64,000 nt of DNA from an uncultured Bacteroidales bacterium. GTDB lineage: Bacteria; Bacteroidota; Bacteroidia; Bacteroidales; VadinHA17. Positions 21,156 to 30,151 of the stretch are shown here, piece after piece. Made by a program: the position numbers and the translations under genes. Each line of letters opens with the position of its first letter. Positions within the stretch are counted from its first letter, which is position 1. Where the stretch lies: NCBI GenBank assembly GCA_963831935.1, contig CAWHSH010000003.1:177518-241517 (forward strand), read 5' to 3'. The notes beneath the pieces are model-generated. The model worked only from the letters and a program-made list of their open reading frames with translations. It made no database searches and was not told where the DNA came from.

Positions 21156-21186
21156 CGCTTATCCAATTTACTGATCAAAAAAAAAT

Positions 21187-22077
21187 TCAATTGCAGTTTT
21201 TGCAGGTGGTTGATTTTTGTCCAAATTCGACCTGGATGGTGGAATGTTCGATCCGGAACTTTTTGTGCAAATGTTCCTGGATATTATTAATAAAGTTTAC
21301 ATCGGTCTGAATTCTGGTTGAAAGGTGCACAGTGAGAGCAGCTGCTGTCGTACTCATTGCCCAGATATGTAAATCGTGAAGGTCAGAAACTTCAGGAAGG
21401 TTTTGAAGGTAATCTTTAACCTCTTTTAAATTGATATTCTCCGGAACGGCATCCAGTGCCAGGTTCACGGAATCTATCAGCAACCTGTAAGTGCTGTACA
21501 GAATTATTCCCAGGATCATCAAAGAAATTACAGAATCGAGCCAGTAGATTTTTGTCAGGGCCATAATAACTCCTGTCAGGACTACTCCGAGAGAAACAAG
21601 AGTGTCGGTAATAAAGTGCAAAAAAGCGCTTCGGATATTCAGATCATGTTTCTGTCCCTTCTTGAAAAGCCATGCCGTAAGCCCATTGATGACAATTCCA
21701 ATAAATGCCACGATTACCACATTTACCGAATTTATTATGACCGGATTTTTCAACCTTCTGATGGTTTCCACCAAAATCAGAACGACAGCTACAACCAGTA
21801 TCAGGGTATTCAGCAAAGCCACCAGAATAGTCGATCGCCGGAAACCATATGTAAATTTCAGATCGGGCTTCCTTTGCGACAGCAATATGGCAATCCATGA
21901 AAAGACCAGTACCAGTACATCGCTGAAATTATGACCTGCATCCGACATAAGGGCCATCGAATTTGAAATGGTCCCGGTGATGAATTCTGCAACTACGAAT
22001 ATGATATTCAGGACAATGCCGAGTTTAAAGGCATTTCCATAATATGAAACAGATTTGACTGAATGATCATATTCCAT
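21187..22077 (-). CDS. czcD: cation diffusion facilitator family transporter
   Basis: 296-aa ORF with six hydrophobic segments. SDAGHNFSD and HFITD motifs are typical of CDF Zn/Co/Cd exporters. Confidence 0.8.
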   Translation of the reverse strand: MEYDHSVKSVSYYGNAFKLGIVLNIIFVVAEFITGTISNSMALMSDAGHNFSDVLVLVFSWIAILLSQRKPDLKFTYGFRRSTILVALLNTLILVVAVVLILVETIRRLKNPVIINSVNVVIVAFIGIVINGLTAWLFKKGQKHDLNIRSAFLHFITDTLVSLGVVLTGVIMALTKIYWLDSVISLMILGIILYSTYRLLIDSVNLALDAVPENINLKEVKDYLQNLPEVSDLHDLHIWAMSTTAAALTVHLSTRIQTDVNFINNIQEHLHKKFRIEHSTIQVEFGQKSTTCKNCN

Positions 22078-22092
22078 GTCGGTATCGTTTAA

Positions 22093-23286
22093 TCAGCACG
22101 CCATTTCGCCTGCATTCTTTTTGGCTGAAAGGAGATTGTAGGCGCCCTTTGTGACAATCCTTGAATTTTTTAAATCAAAACCTTCAGGCAGAATGACTTC
22201 TGTATAACCCTCATCGGTTATACCTTTATGCACCTCAATGATCTTGTATTCTGTAAATGCATTACCATTCTCTTCTTTATTTCTGTCGAAGATAAAGATG
22301 TAATCCTTATCATCAAAACTTACGACTGCCTCTGACGGTAAAGAAGGGACCTTATTGTCGGAGGTTTCAATATTTGCATTCACATACATTCCGGGCATTA
22401 TATTGTTGCAGCCCTTTGTTACCAGCGCATACACCTTGCAGGCTTTATCGTCATCAATGGATTTAGCTGTCTGGGTAATTACTGCATCATGTTCCTCTGT
22501 TTCATTATTGATGAAAAAGCTGATCTTTTGCCCTTTGCTGACTTTGCCTGCATCCTTTTCAAACAGGGTAAGTTCAAGGGAAAGGGTGCTGGTGTTAACG
22601 ATCTCAAAGAGGATATCGGTCGGAGTTATTGATTTTCCTATGTTTATATTTACAGTTTTTATATAGCCGTTAATTGGTGAAACAAGGGTGACAATGCGGC
22701 TGATGTTATCCTCGGTGAGACCGGTGGGGTTGATCCCTATCAGTTCAAGGTTTTGTTCAAGAGCGGTAACCTGTGCTTTCAGACTCTTATAATCAGCTGT
22801 CACCTGTTGCAGATTTTTCTCTGAATATACTTCCTGTTTGTAAAGGTCAGAATGCCTTTTATATTCGGCTTCAGCAAATTCAAGCCTGCTCCTTGCTTCA
22901 AGATAATTTTTTTGAATATCCACAAATTCCTGGTTCTCAATCAGAGCCAGAACCTGTCCTTTTGTAACGGAAATGCCCGGCAGCAGGGTGGTGCTTTTTA
23001 CGAATCCACCAAGCGGAGCACAGACTGTCGCATAATTCTGCGGTGCCACAGTGACTTTCCCGTTTACCTTTAAAGTACTGTTTAGAGACCGCATTTCAAT
23101 TGAACCGGTATCAATATCAGCTATTTTGATCTGGTCGAATCGCATTTCAACGATATCGTCGGGAAGTATTTCAGTTTCTTCTGCTTTATTGTTTGTCATT
23201 TTCTTTCCGCTGCAGGAGATGCAAAATATAACAATTACACCCAACTTTATGTTCTGTAACAAAGTGTTCCTATGCATTTTATTCAT
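22093..23286 (-). CDS. efflux RND periplasmic adaptor subunit (CzcB/HlyD family)
   Basis: 397-aa ORF with an N-terminal lipoprotein-like signal, a coiled-coil hairpin region and barrel-sandwich motifs. It lies between the RND pump and the CDF gene. Confidence 0.8.
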   Translation of the reverse strand: MNKMHRNTLLQNIKLGVIVIFCISCSGKKMTNNKAEETEILPDDIVEMRFDQIKIADIDTGSIEMRSLNSTLKVNGKVTVAPQNYATVCAPLGGFVKSTTLLPGISVTKGQVLALIENQEFVDIQKNYLEARSRLEFAEAEYKRHSDLYKQEVYSEKNLQQVTADYKSLKAQVTALEQNLELIGINPTGLTEDNISRIVTLVSPINGYIKTVNINIGKSITPTDILFEIVNTSTLSLELTLFEKDAGKVSKGQKISFFINNETEEHDAVITQTAKSIDDDKACKVYALVTKGCNNIMPGMYVNANIETSDNKVPSLPSEAVVSFDDKDYIFIFDRNKEENGNAFTEYKIIEVHKGITDEGYTEVILPEGFDLKNSRIVTKGAYNLLSAKKNAGEMAC

Positions 23287-23288
23287 AT

Positions 23289-26200
23289 TTATAATGTTTT
23301 GCCTGTTAAATATTCAATTTTGATAATTGTCTGATTAAGATTGTCAAGAGCATCAAGATACCTCTGTTTTATTTCGAGGGCCCTGTTAAGGCTTATTACA
23401 TAATCGAGATAGTCCATAGCCCCGGCTTTATAGCTTCTTGAAGATTGATCAATTATCAGGTCTGCTTCCGGTAATGCCTGTTTTTCATAGTAATCAACAC
23501 TGCCGGAATATTTGTTGTACTCATCAAGCATTGAGTAATATGATGCGGTTAACGATTTTGCAAAATATTCGGCATCATTCCTTGCAATATTTTCATTTAT
23601 TTTGGCGGCCCTTGCTTTTGAAGTATAGGGAACAATCCAGAGTGGAATTGAGATCCCTGCCTGAACACCTGTAAATCTGTCTCCTGTACCAAATAAGTGT
23701 GGAGTTCCGTTTACTTCCTGGATTCCGCGGATAGTCTGGCTGAAATAGCCGATGTTCAGATCGGGCCATAACCGGCTTTGTTCCACATCTTTTTCCCTCC
23801 TGGATACCTCCACCTGCTGCTTAATAAATCCGAGTGACGGATTTTGACTGATAACTGCACTATCAGAGACCGGGATCGCTCCGGCTTTTACTAAAATAGT
23901 ATCAGCGGGAGTAAAGTTATTGTCGGTGTTAAGAAGAGCATTGAAACTTCGGGCAGATATTTCAATATCGGAAGAGTTCTGAAAAATTTGATTTTTAACT
24001 TCAAGGCTCTGGGAGCGGGCTGTGATCATTTCAAGGCGGTTTGTCTCACCGGTTTTTGCTCTCAGCTCGGCAGCCCTTAAGAAGCGGCTGTAAAGGCTGT
24101 CCTGGTAGAGTAAAAGCCTTTGCTTTGAGTAAAGGTATGCCAGCTTCCAGTAGACCTGCTTGACCTGGGTAGCAACTTCAAGCTGTGAACCTTTGAATTG
24201 CAGTTCGCTGCTCCTGACTCTGGCATTGGCCAGCTTCTTCTGGTTGATATAAACCGTCGGAAATGAAACTGACTGGGAAACAGTGATACTGTTATCGTTA
24301 ATTAACGAATTAATTTGACCGTATTCCAGGTTAACATTCGTTTTACCTATATCCCATGATGCACCCTTTAAAGCTTTCCGGGTATTAACTGACAGGCCTG
24401 AGGACCTGACCTGAAGGTTATTATCCAGCGCTTGCCTGATTGCATCCTGTAAATTTATATTTCTGGGCTGCTGGGAAACTGCTTTGTTAAGAAATGAGGA
24501 ACCAGTGAAGCACAACAATGTCATAATTAATACTTTAGCGGAGATGCTTTTTACAGATAGTTTTAGTTTGCCGGAGGAAAAGGCTATGTAAAATACCGGA
24601 AGTATTATAAGTGTAAGGATAGTGGCTGTTATCAGACCTCCGATAACAACTGTTGCCAGGGGTTTTTGTACCTCCGCACCGGCTGAGGTGGACAATGCCA
24701 TCGGAAGGAATCCCATGGATGCAACGGCAGCAGTCATAATAACGGGTCGGAGGCGGGTCTGGAGTCCTTTAATAACTCTTTCCTTTATGTCTGTAATACC
24801 TTCTTTTTCAAGTCTGTTGAATTCAGCAATCAGGACTATTCCATTGAGGACTGCCACTCCAAAAAGTGCTATGAATCCGACTCCGGCAGAGATAGAGAAA
24901 TTCATACCACGCAGCCAGAGTGCAAAGACACCTCCTATTGCCGCCATAGGAACAGCCGTATATATAAGGAGCGTCTGCCTGACCGAATGAAAGGTGAAAT
25001 AGAGAAGGATAAATATCAGCAGCAGAGCAACCGGAACCGCTACCGATAACCTTGCTTTTGCAGCCCGGAGGTTCTGGAATTGTCCTCCGTAGTTGATAAA
25101 GTATCCTGTCGGCAAGTTCATATTCTTATCGATTTTTCCTGAAACTTCGGAAATAACGCTCTGGACATCCCTGTTCCTGACGTTAAAGCCAATTGTGATT
25201 CTTCTTTTGGTATTTTCGCGTGATACCTGAGCAGGCCCCGATTTGATCTCGATTTTGGCAAGATTATCGAACGGAATCTGTCCGCCGGCAGGGAGTGCAA
25301 CCAAAAGGTTTTTAACATCTTCGAGGTTTTGCCGATAGTCCTTATCGAGCCGGACAACAAGCGCGAACCGTTTTTCCTCATCAAAGACAACGCCCGCCTG
25401 GCTTCCGGCAAAAGCTGCCTTCAGGACCCTGTTGACTTCATCTACTGAAAGCCCATACTCTGCCAGGCGATCCCGGTCGAATTCAACCTGAATCTGAGCG
25501 AGTCCTGTTACTTTTTCAACATTTATATCCTGAACTCCGCTGATATCCTGAATAATTTTTTCGACTTTGGTGGCTTCTGCAGCAAGGGTATTGAGATCAT
25601 CCCCGAATATCTTAATGGCAACATCCTGTTTTGTACCTGTCATCAGTTCATTAAAACGCATTTGTATCGGCTGCTGAAATTCGAATTTTACGCCTGCAAG
25701 CAGGATTAAGGCTTCTTCCATTCTGGCGACCAGATCCTCCCTGGTTTTTGCCGAGGTCCATTCACTTTTATCCTTCAGTGTGATTATATAATCACCTGTC
25801 TCCATTGGAGTTGGATCGGTAGGGATCTCTGCAGCCCCTATTTTACAAACAGCATGCCTGATTTCCGGAAAGTTATCAAGGAGTATTTTGTTTGCTTTTT
25901 CAACCATGGCTATCGTGTGGGAAAGCGATCCGCCCTGCAATGTCATGACACCTGCTGCCAGGTCACCCTCCTCAAGCTGTGGAATGAATTCCCCGCCTAA
26001 CCTTGTGAACATGAATATGCTGAAAATGAAAAGAATTACAGCGGATACCGAAACAAGTGCCTTATGACCCAGAGCATAAGAAATAACCGGATAAAATCCA
26101 TTGTGAAGTTTATCCATCATCCTGTGTGATAAATTCCTTTTATGTTCAGTTCTTTTGCTCAGGAACAATGCTGAAGCCATGGGAACCCATGTAAGTGAAA

Positions 26201-27680
26201 GAATGGCTGCTCCGATAAGAGCAAATGTTACTACCTGGGCCATCGGTCTGAACATTTTCCCTTCAATTCCTACAAGTACCATTATCGGAATGTAAACTAT
26301 CAGAATGATTATCTGTCCGAAAGTAGCCGAGCTCATCATCCGTCTTGCAGATTCAAAGACATTTTCATCCATCTGCTGCTGGGTGAGTCTCGGTACACCA
26401 ACATGATGATGCTTGCTCAAAAAAATGCGATGCACGACACTTTCGACGATTATGACTGCCCCGTCCACAATTAGTCCGAAATCGATCGCCCCAAGGCTCA
26501 TAAGGTTACCTGAAACACCGAATATGTTCATCACTGAAATGGCAAAAAGCATTGACAGGGGTATCACCGATGCTACTATTAAGCCCGCCCTGATATTTCC
26601 AAGAAAAAGTACCAGGATAAAAATAACAATCAGAGCGCCTTCAATAAGGTTTCTCGACACTGTACCAATTGCCCGTCCAACCAGGTCGGACCGGTTAAGG
26701 TATGGTTCAATGGTTACCCCGGCGGGAAGGGATTTCTGAACAGAGGCAATGCGAAGCTGAACATTGTCAATGACTTTATGTGCATTTGCCCCTTTAAGCA
26801 TCATAACCACACCTCCGACTGCCTCTGCAGTATCAACAACAAAAGCACCGTAACGGATAGCATTTCCAAACTGTACTGTGGCAATATCCTTCATCAGAAC
26901 GGGAAATCCCGATTTATTGGTTTTTACTACAATCCTTTCAATATCCTCAAGGGTTCTGACGAGGCCTATACCTCTGATGAAATATGCATTGGGATTTTTA
27001 TCAATATAGGCACTGCCCGTGTTTTCATTATTTCTTTTCAAGGCGTCAAATATGTCGGTCAGCGTAAGGTTCATCCCTCTGAGCCTGTCGGGATTGACAG
27101 CTATTTCATACTGCTTAACGAAACCGCCGTAACTGTTTATATCCGCAACACCCGGCGTTCCAAGCATCTCCCGCCGTACAACCCAATCCTGTAATGTTCT
27201 GAGGTCCATGGGATTATACTTCCCTTCGTAACCCTTCCTGACCGCGAGGTGGTACTGGAATATTTCACCCAGACCTGTGGACACAGGGGCCAGTTCAATT
27301 GTGGCAAGTCCCTCAGGAATAGCTTCTTCCGCTTCTTTCATCCTTTCTGTCAACTGCTGACGGGCCCAATAAATATCAACTCCGTCCTTAAATACTACAG
27401 TTACAACCGACAGACCCAAACGTGAGATGGATCTTAGTTCAATGATGTCAGGAATATTTGCCACAGCTACTTCGATCGGCGCCGTTATTATGCTTTCAAC
27501 CTCCTGCACCGCAAGAGAAGGCGCCATGGAAATTACCTGGACCTGATTGTTGGTAATGTCGGGAATTGCATCAATCGGTAACTGGGTGAGGGAATAAATT
27601 CCCCATCCTGTAAGTGCAAGAACAAATAACCCTACAACGAATTTATTCTTAATTGAAAAATGTATAATGCGTTCAATCAT
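23289..27680 (-). CDS. CusA/CzcA-family heavy-metal RND pump fused in frame to a TolC-like outer-membrane factor
   Basis: Uninterrupted 1463-aa ORF. The first ~1035 aa are CzcA-like with 12 TM segments. A signal-peptide-like segment follows (KSISAKVLIMTLLCFTGSSFLNKAVSQ). The last ~420 aa are TolC-like (NLQDAIRQALDNNLQV...). Confidence 0.75.
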   Translation of the reverse strand: MIERIIHFSIKNKFVVGLFVLALTGWGIYSLTQLPIDAIPDITNNQVQVISMAPSLAVQEVESIITAPIEVAVANIPDIIELRSISRLGLSVVTVVFKDGVDIYWARQQLTERMKEAEEAIPEGLATIELAPVSTGLGEIFQYHLAVRKGYEGKYNPMDLRTLQDWVVRREMLGTPGVADINSYGGFVKQYEIAVNPDRLRGMNLTLTDIFDALKRNNENTGSAYIDKNPNAYFIRGIGLVRTLEDIERIVVKTNKSGFPVLMKDIATVQFGNAIRYGAFVVDTAEAVGGVVMMLKGANAHKVIDNVQLRIASVQKSLPAGVTIEPYLNRSDLVGRAIGTVSRNLIEGALIVIFILVLFLGNIRAGLIVASVIPLSMLFAISVMNIFGVSGNLMSLGAIDFGLIVDGAVIIVESVVHRIFLSKHHHVGVPRLTQQQMDENVFESARRMMSSATFGQIIILIVYIPIMVLVGIEGKMFRPMAQVVTFALIGAAILSLTWVPMASALFLSKRTEHKRNLSHRMMDKLHNGFYPVISYALGHKALVSVSAVILFIFSIFMFTRLGGEFIPQLEEGDLAAGVMTLQGGSLSHTIAMVEKANKILLDNFPEIRHAVCKIGAAEIPTDPTPMETGDYIITLKDKSEWTSAKTREDLVARMEEALILLAGVKFEFQQPIQMRFNELMTGTKQDVAIKIFGDDLNTLAAEATKVEKIIQDISGVQDINVEKVTGLAQIQVEFDRDRLAEYGLSVDEVNRVLKAAFAGSQAGVVFDEEKRFALVVRLDKDYRQNLEDVKNLLVALPAGGQIPFDNLAKIEIKSGPAQVSRENTKRRITIGFNVRNRDVQSVISEVSGKIDKNMNLPTGYFINYGGQFQNLRAAKARLSVAVPVALLLIFILLYFTFHSVRQTLLIYTAVPMAAIGGVFALWLRGMNFSISAGVGFIALFGVAVLNGIVLIAEFNRLEKEGITDIKERVIKGLQTRLRPVIMTAAVASMGFLPMALSTSAGAEVQKPLATVVIGGLITATILTLIILPVFYIAFSSGKLKLSVKSISAKVLIMTLLCFTGSSFLNKAVSQQPRNINLQDAIRQALDNNLQVRSSGLSVNTRKALKGASWDIGKTNVNLEYGQINSLINDNSITVSQSVSFPTVYINQKKLANARVRSSELQFKGSQLEVATQVKQVYWKLAYLYSKQRLLLYQDSLYSRFLRAAELRAKTGETNRLEMITARSQSLEVKNQIFQNSSDIEISARSFNALLNTDNNFTPADTILVKAGAIPVSDSAVISQNPSLGFIKQQVEVSRREKDVEQSRLWPDLNIGYFSQTIRGIQEVNGTPHLFGTGDRFTGVQAGISIPLWIVPYTSKARAAKINENIARNDAEYFAKSLTASYYSMLDEYNKYSGSVDYYEKQALPEADLIIDQSSRSYKAGAMDYLDYVISLNRALEIKQRYLDALDNLNQTIIKIEYLTGKTL

Positions 27681-27761
27681 ATTGCTTCAATATAAATAAT
27701 TGATAATCATATGACTATCAAAAAATACAAAATGTTTTAACAGAAAGCCTTTAAGGGAATA

Positions 27762-28142
27762 TCAGGCAGAAGGAGGTGCCCTGAAGGAGGTTGTCCCGTG
27801 AAAATGATCGGAAATAAAGGACTGATCAGTTTTACTTATTATCAGATCATCGAGGGATTCAGGATTAAAAATGAAATCCTGTACTAAAAGGATTATAAGA
27901 TTATCGTGATTGAAATTACTGAAGAGAAGGCTTGAAACATGGCAGACCTTTACATCTGAAGGCTGGCCGGAAGCTTTAACCGATCGGTCCGGATCATCAG
28001 TCACGGGATAGGATTCATGAATCAGCTCCTTGCAACCTGTAAGGTTCTCATCAATATGATGATGGGGAATAACATTATGCGTGAATATCACCAGCCAGGC
28101 GAAGAGGATGGTATATGCCTTTATTTTAAGAAGTTTTCTCAA
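27762..28142 (-). CDS. hypothetical small membrane-anchored His-rich protein
   Basis: 126-aa ORF with an N-terminal hydrophobic segment followed by HNVIPHHHID. It is the first gene upstream of the RND pump on the same strand. Confidence 0.45.
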   Translation of the reverse strand: MRKLLKIKAYTILFAWLVIFTHNVIPHHHIDENLTGCKELIHESYPVTDDPDRSVKASGQPSDVKVCHVSSLLFSNFNHDNLIILLVQDFIFNPESLDDLIISKTDQSFISDHFHGTTSFRAPPSA

Positions 28143-28233
28143 CCACGCTTAATATTTCGCAAATGTAATAAAATATTCAAATTAGCAATTTCATTCTGTT
28201 AGTTTAGCATTTCTCCTCACTATATATTAACAT

Positions 28234-28298
28234 CCCCCTAACCCCCTTCAAAGGGGGAATTTGTATCCTGAATCCTGGATCTCGAACCTCGAACTCCG
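28234..28298. repeat. GC-rich hairpin repeat plus degenerate heptamer tract
   Basis: CCCCCTAACCCCCTTCAAAGGGGGAATTT lies at 28234-28262 (hairpin CCCCC-TTCAAA-GGGGG). Five 7-bp units follow at 28264-28298: TATCCTG, AATCCTG, GATCTCG, AACCTCG, AACTCCG. The tract ends 17 nt from the stop of the minus-strand HAD gene. Confidence 0.75.
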
Positions 28299-28315
28299 TA
28301 ACACAACAATATTTC

Positions 28316-28915
28316 TTACCAATTTGAATTATACCACGACCTTACATCCGTAACTTTCATCCCTGCCTTTATTGCGGCTTCTATTCCCAGTTCGGCATCT
28401 TCAAATACTTCAATAAATTCGGGTTCGATCTGCATAAGTTCCGCGCACCTCAGGAAGGTTTCGGGGTGGGGTTTGAAGGAGTTTACATCGTTGGCAGTAA
28501 CAACTATTTCAAAATACTTCCGTAAACCGGTAACTTCAAGTGTACGTTCTACAGCCTCCCGGTGTCCTCCTGTACCAACTGCCATTGGCAGGATGCCGTA
28601 ATATTTTTTTACTATATCAGTTACGGGCTCGATAGGCTTCAGAAGATGCTGAAGCTTTAAGAATTCATCAATTTTTTCTTCCATTATCTGCCCGACGGTC
28701 ACGCTGCCATCCAGACCGCAATTCTTAATTATTTCTTCTGCAATTATCCACCCCGGACTTCCCGTATGTTTGCGGAGAAAATTGTTATCGATATGAGCGC
28801 CAAACCTGATACATGCTTTTTGCCACCCCTGAAAATGATATGGCATAGTATCGGCAAGCGTACCATCAAGATCAAAAATCAATCCTTTTACCCCCGGCCT
28901 GATATCGTATTTCAT
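28316..28915 (-). CDS. HAD-superfamily hydrolase (beta-phosphoglucomutase-like subfamily IA)
   Basis: FDLDGTLADT motif I near the N-terminus, with later GTGG and EDAELGIEAA motifs. The likely start is MKYDIRPG at 28915 rather than 28936. Confidence 0.7.
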   Translation of the reverse strand: MKYDIRPGVKGLIFDLDGTLADTMPYHFQGWQKACIRFGAHIDNNFLRKHTGSPGWIIAEEIIKNCGLDGSVTVGQIMEEKIDEFLKLQHLLKPIEPVTDIVKKYYGILPMAVGTGGHREAVERTLEVTGLRKYFEIVVTANDVNSFKPHPETFLRCAELMQIEPEFIEVFEDAELGIEAAIKAGMKVTDVRSWYNSNW

Positions 28916-28959
28916 TAGCTTAAAATGAAGGGGCAAATGTATTGAAAATATTTATGATC

Positions 28960-30030
28960 TTAAAAGTTTATGCACTGAGAGCGTAATTTATAGACTATTG
29001 AATTCCTTTTGTCGAAATCGGCGTAAAAGCTCTCGAGGTAGGTTATAATGTCTTTTTTTGACCTCGGTTTAAGATAAGGAAAATCATTTATTACTTTGAA
29101 GAATTGTTCCTTCTTGTCTGAAAATTCTTTCAGATCATTTTTAAAGACCTCCTCGCTGCGGCAAATTCCCAGGTAGAGCCTTTCCCTTACAGTTTTTATT
29201 GGCAGCGATGGAAAAGGAATCGCATACTCAGCATTTACCAGACCTGTGTAGTCAAAATCAAAAGGCACGATGAGTCCCAAATCTGGAGTTTCTGACAAGG
29301 GCTGTGAAAGCACAAGGGCATTATGACCCGCAGGGACTGACCAGTCGGTATTTCCAATCATATAATTGAAAATGGCAAATCTGTCCATCATTTCTGGCTT
29401 TATATTCTTCTGAGTCAAAGGTCTTTCTACTGCCCGGGAATGTGTCCTTTTCTCAAGAAGCTTTACCGGCTCAATTGCAAATCCGAATTGGGTAAGAGGT
29501 TTTCGATCTTTGGCGGTGTTTATTAAAGTAATTCTCATTAACCGGACGCGCAGACTATTGTCGGTAAGAACATTATAAAGCTTATATACAAGGTATTCCC
29601 TTAATACAAAATCCTCATATCCTAATTTGCAATATGGGACAAGCTTAAGTTTATTAATGCCGATGAACTCACCTGCTACGGAATCCTTTAACCTAAAATT
29701 CAGGCTCAGGGGCGGAAAATCACAAATATTGGAAGTCCGGCGTATTTCTCCCCTGGCCCTGACTTTAATATTCTTATTCACTGAATCTTTATCACTGGTG
29801 AAGTATGTCAAAACTGCATCCAGATAAGCTGTATCTGATCTCTTCCTTTTATATGTGGTGATGTCGAATCTCAGGGCTATCTCAAACAAATCATCACTTT
29901 CGAATAGTTTAATATTTACATTATGGGTATCTCTGACCGCATACTGGGCGTTTGCAGAATCAACCTGGCTCAATACCGGTTGAATAAAAAAACCAGACAG
30001 GATAACAAGAACCGGGATAATTTTTTTCAT
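28960..30030 (-). CDS. hypothetical secreted protein
   Basis: 356-aa ORF with a signal peptide (MKKIIPVLVILSGFFIQPVLSQ). I recognise no family with confidence. It contains MIGNTDWSVPAGHNALVL. Confidence 0.5.
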   Translation of the reverse strand: MKKIIPVLVILSGFFIQPVLSQVDSANAQYAVRDTHNVNIKLFESDDLFEIALRFDITTYKRKRSDTAYLDAVLTYFTSDKDSVNKNIKVRARGEIRRTSNICDFPPLSLNFRLKDSVAGEFIGINKLKLVPYCKLGYEDFVLREYLVYKLYNVLTDNSLRVRLMRITLINTAKDRKPLTQFGFAIEPVKLLEKRTHSRAVERPLTQKNIKPEMMDRFAIFNYMIGNTDWSVPAGHNALVLSQPLSETPDLGLIVPFDFDYTGLVNAEYAIPFPSLPIKTVRERLYLGICRSEEVFKNDLKEFSDKKEQFFKVINDFPYLKPRSKKDIITYLESFYADFDKRNSIVYKLRSQCINF

Positions 30031-30099
30031 CTCAGCAGAATAAGTAAAGAGCTTAAATCGAAATTGTCAATCTAATTTACTAAAATAATTGGATCTGAA

Positions 30100-30135
30100 A
30101 AATAAAAAAAAAGGCCGCTGATGAGGCGGCCTTAA
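30100..30135 (-). terminator. intrinsic terminator downstream of tkt
   Basis: An 8-bp GC stem pairs AAGGCCGC (30111-30118) with GCGGCCTT (30126-30133). On the minus strand a T9 run follows (A-run 30104-30112 on plus). It lies 19 nt after the tkt stop. Confidence 0.8.
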
Positions 30136-30151
30136 CGAATGATCATAATGT

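Noticed and set aside
23438-27194. Plus-strand ORFs inside czcA (23438..23674, 24622..24990, 26413..26739, 26778..27194) and similar antisense ORFs inside tkt, the mrp/nuo genes, purL and the propeller gene
   Set aside because: They lie entirely antisense to long, well-supported genes. They have odd composition (Ser/Pro/Ile-rich) and no recognisable motifs, so they are shadow ORFs.
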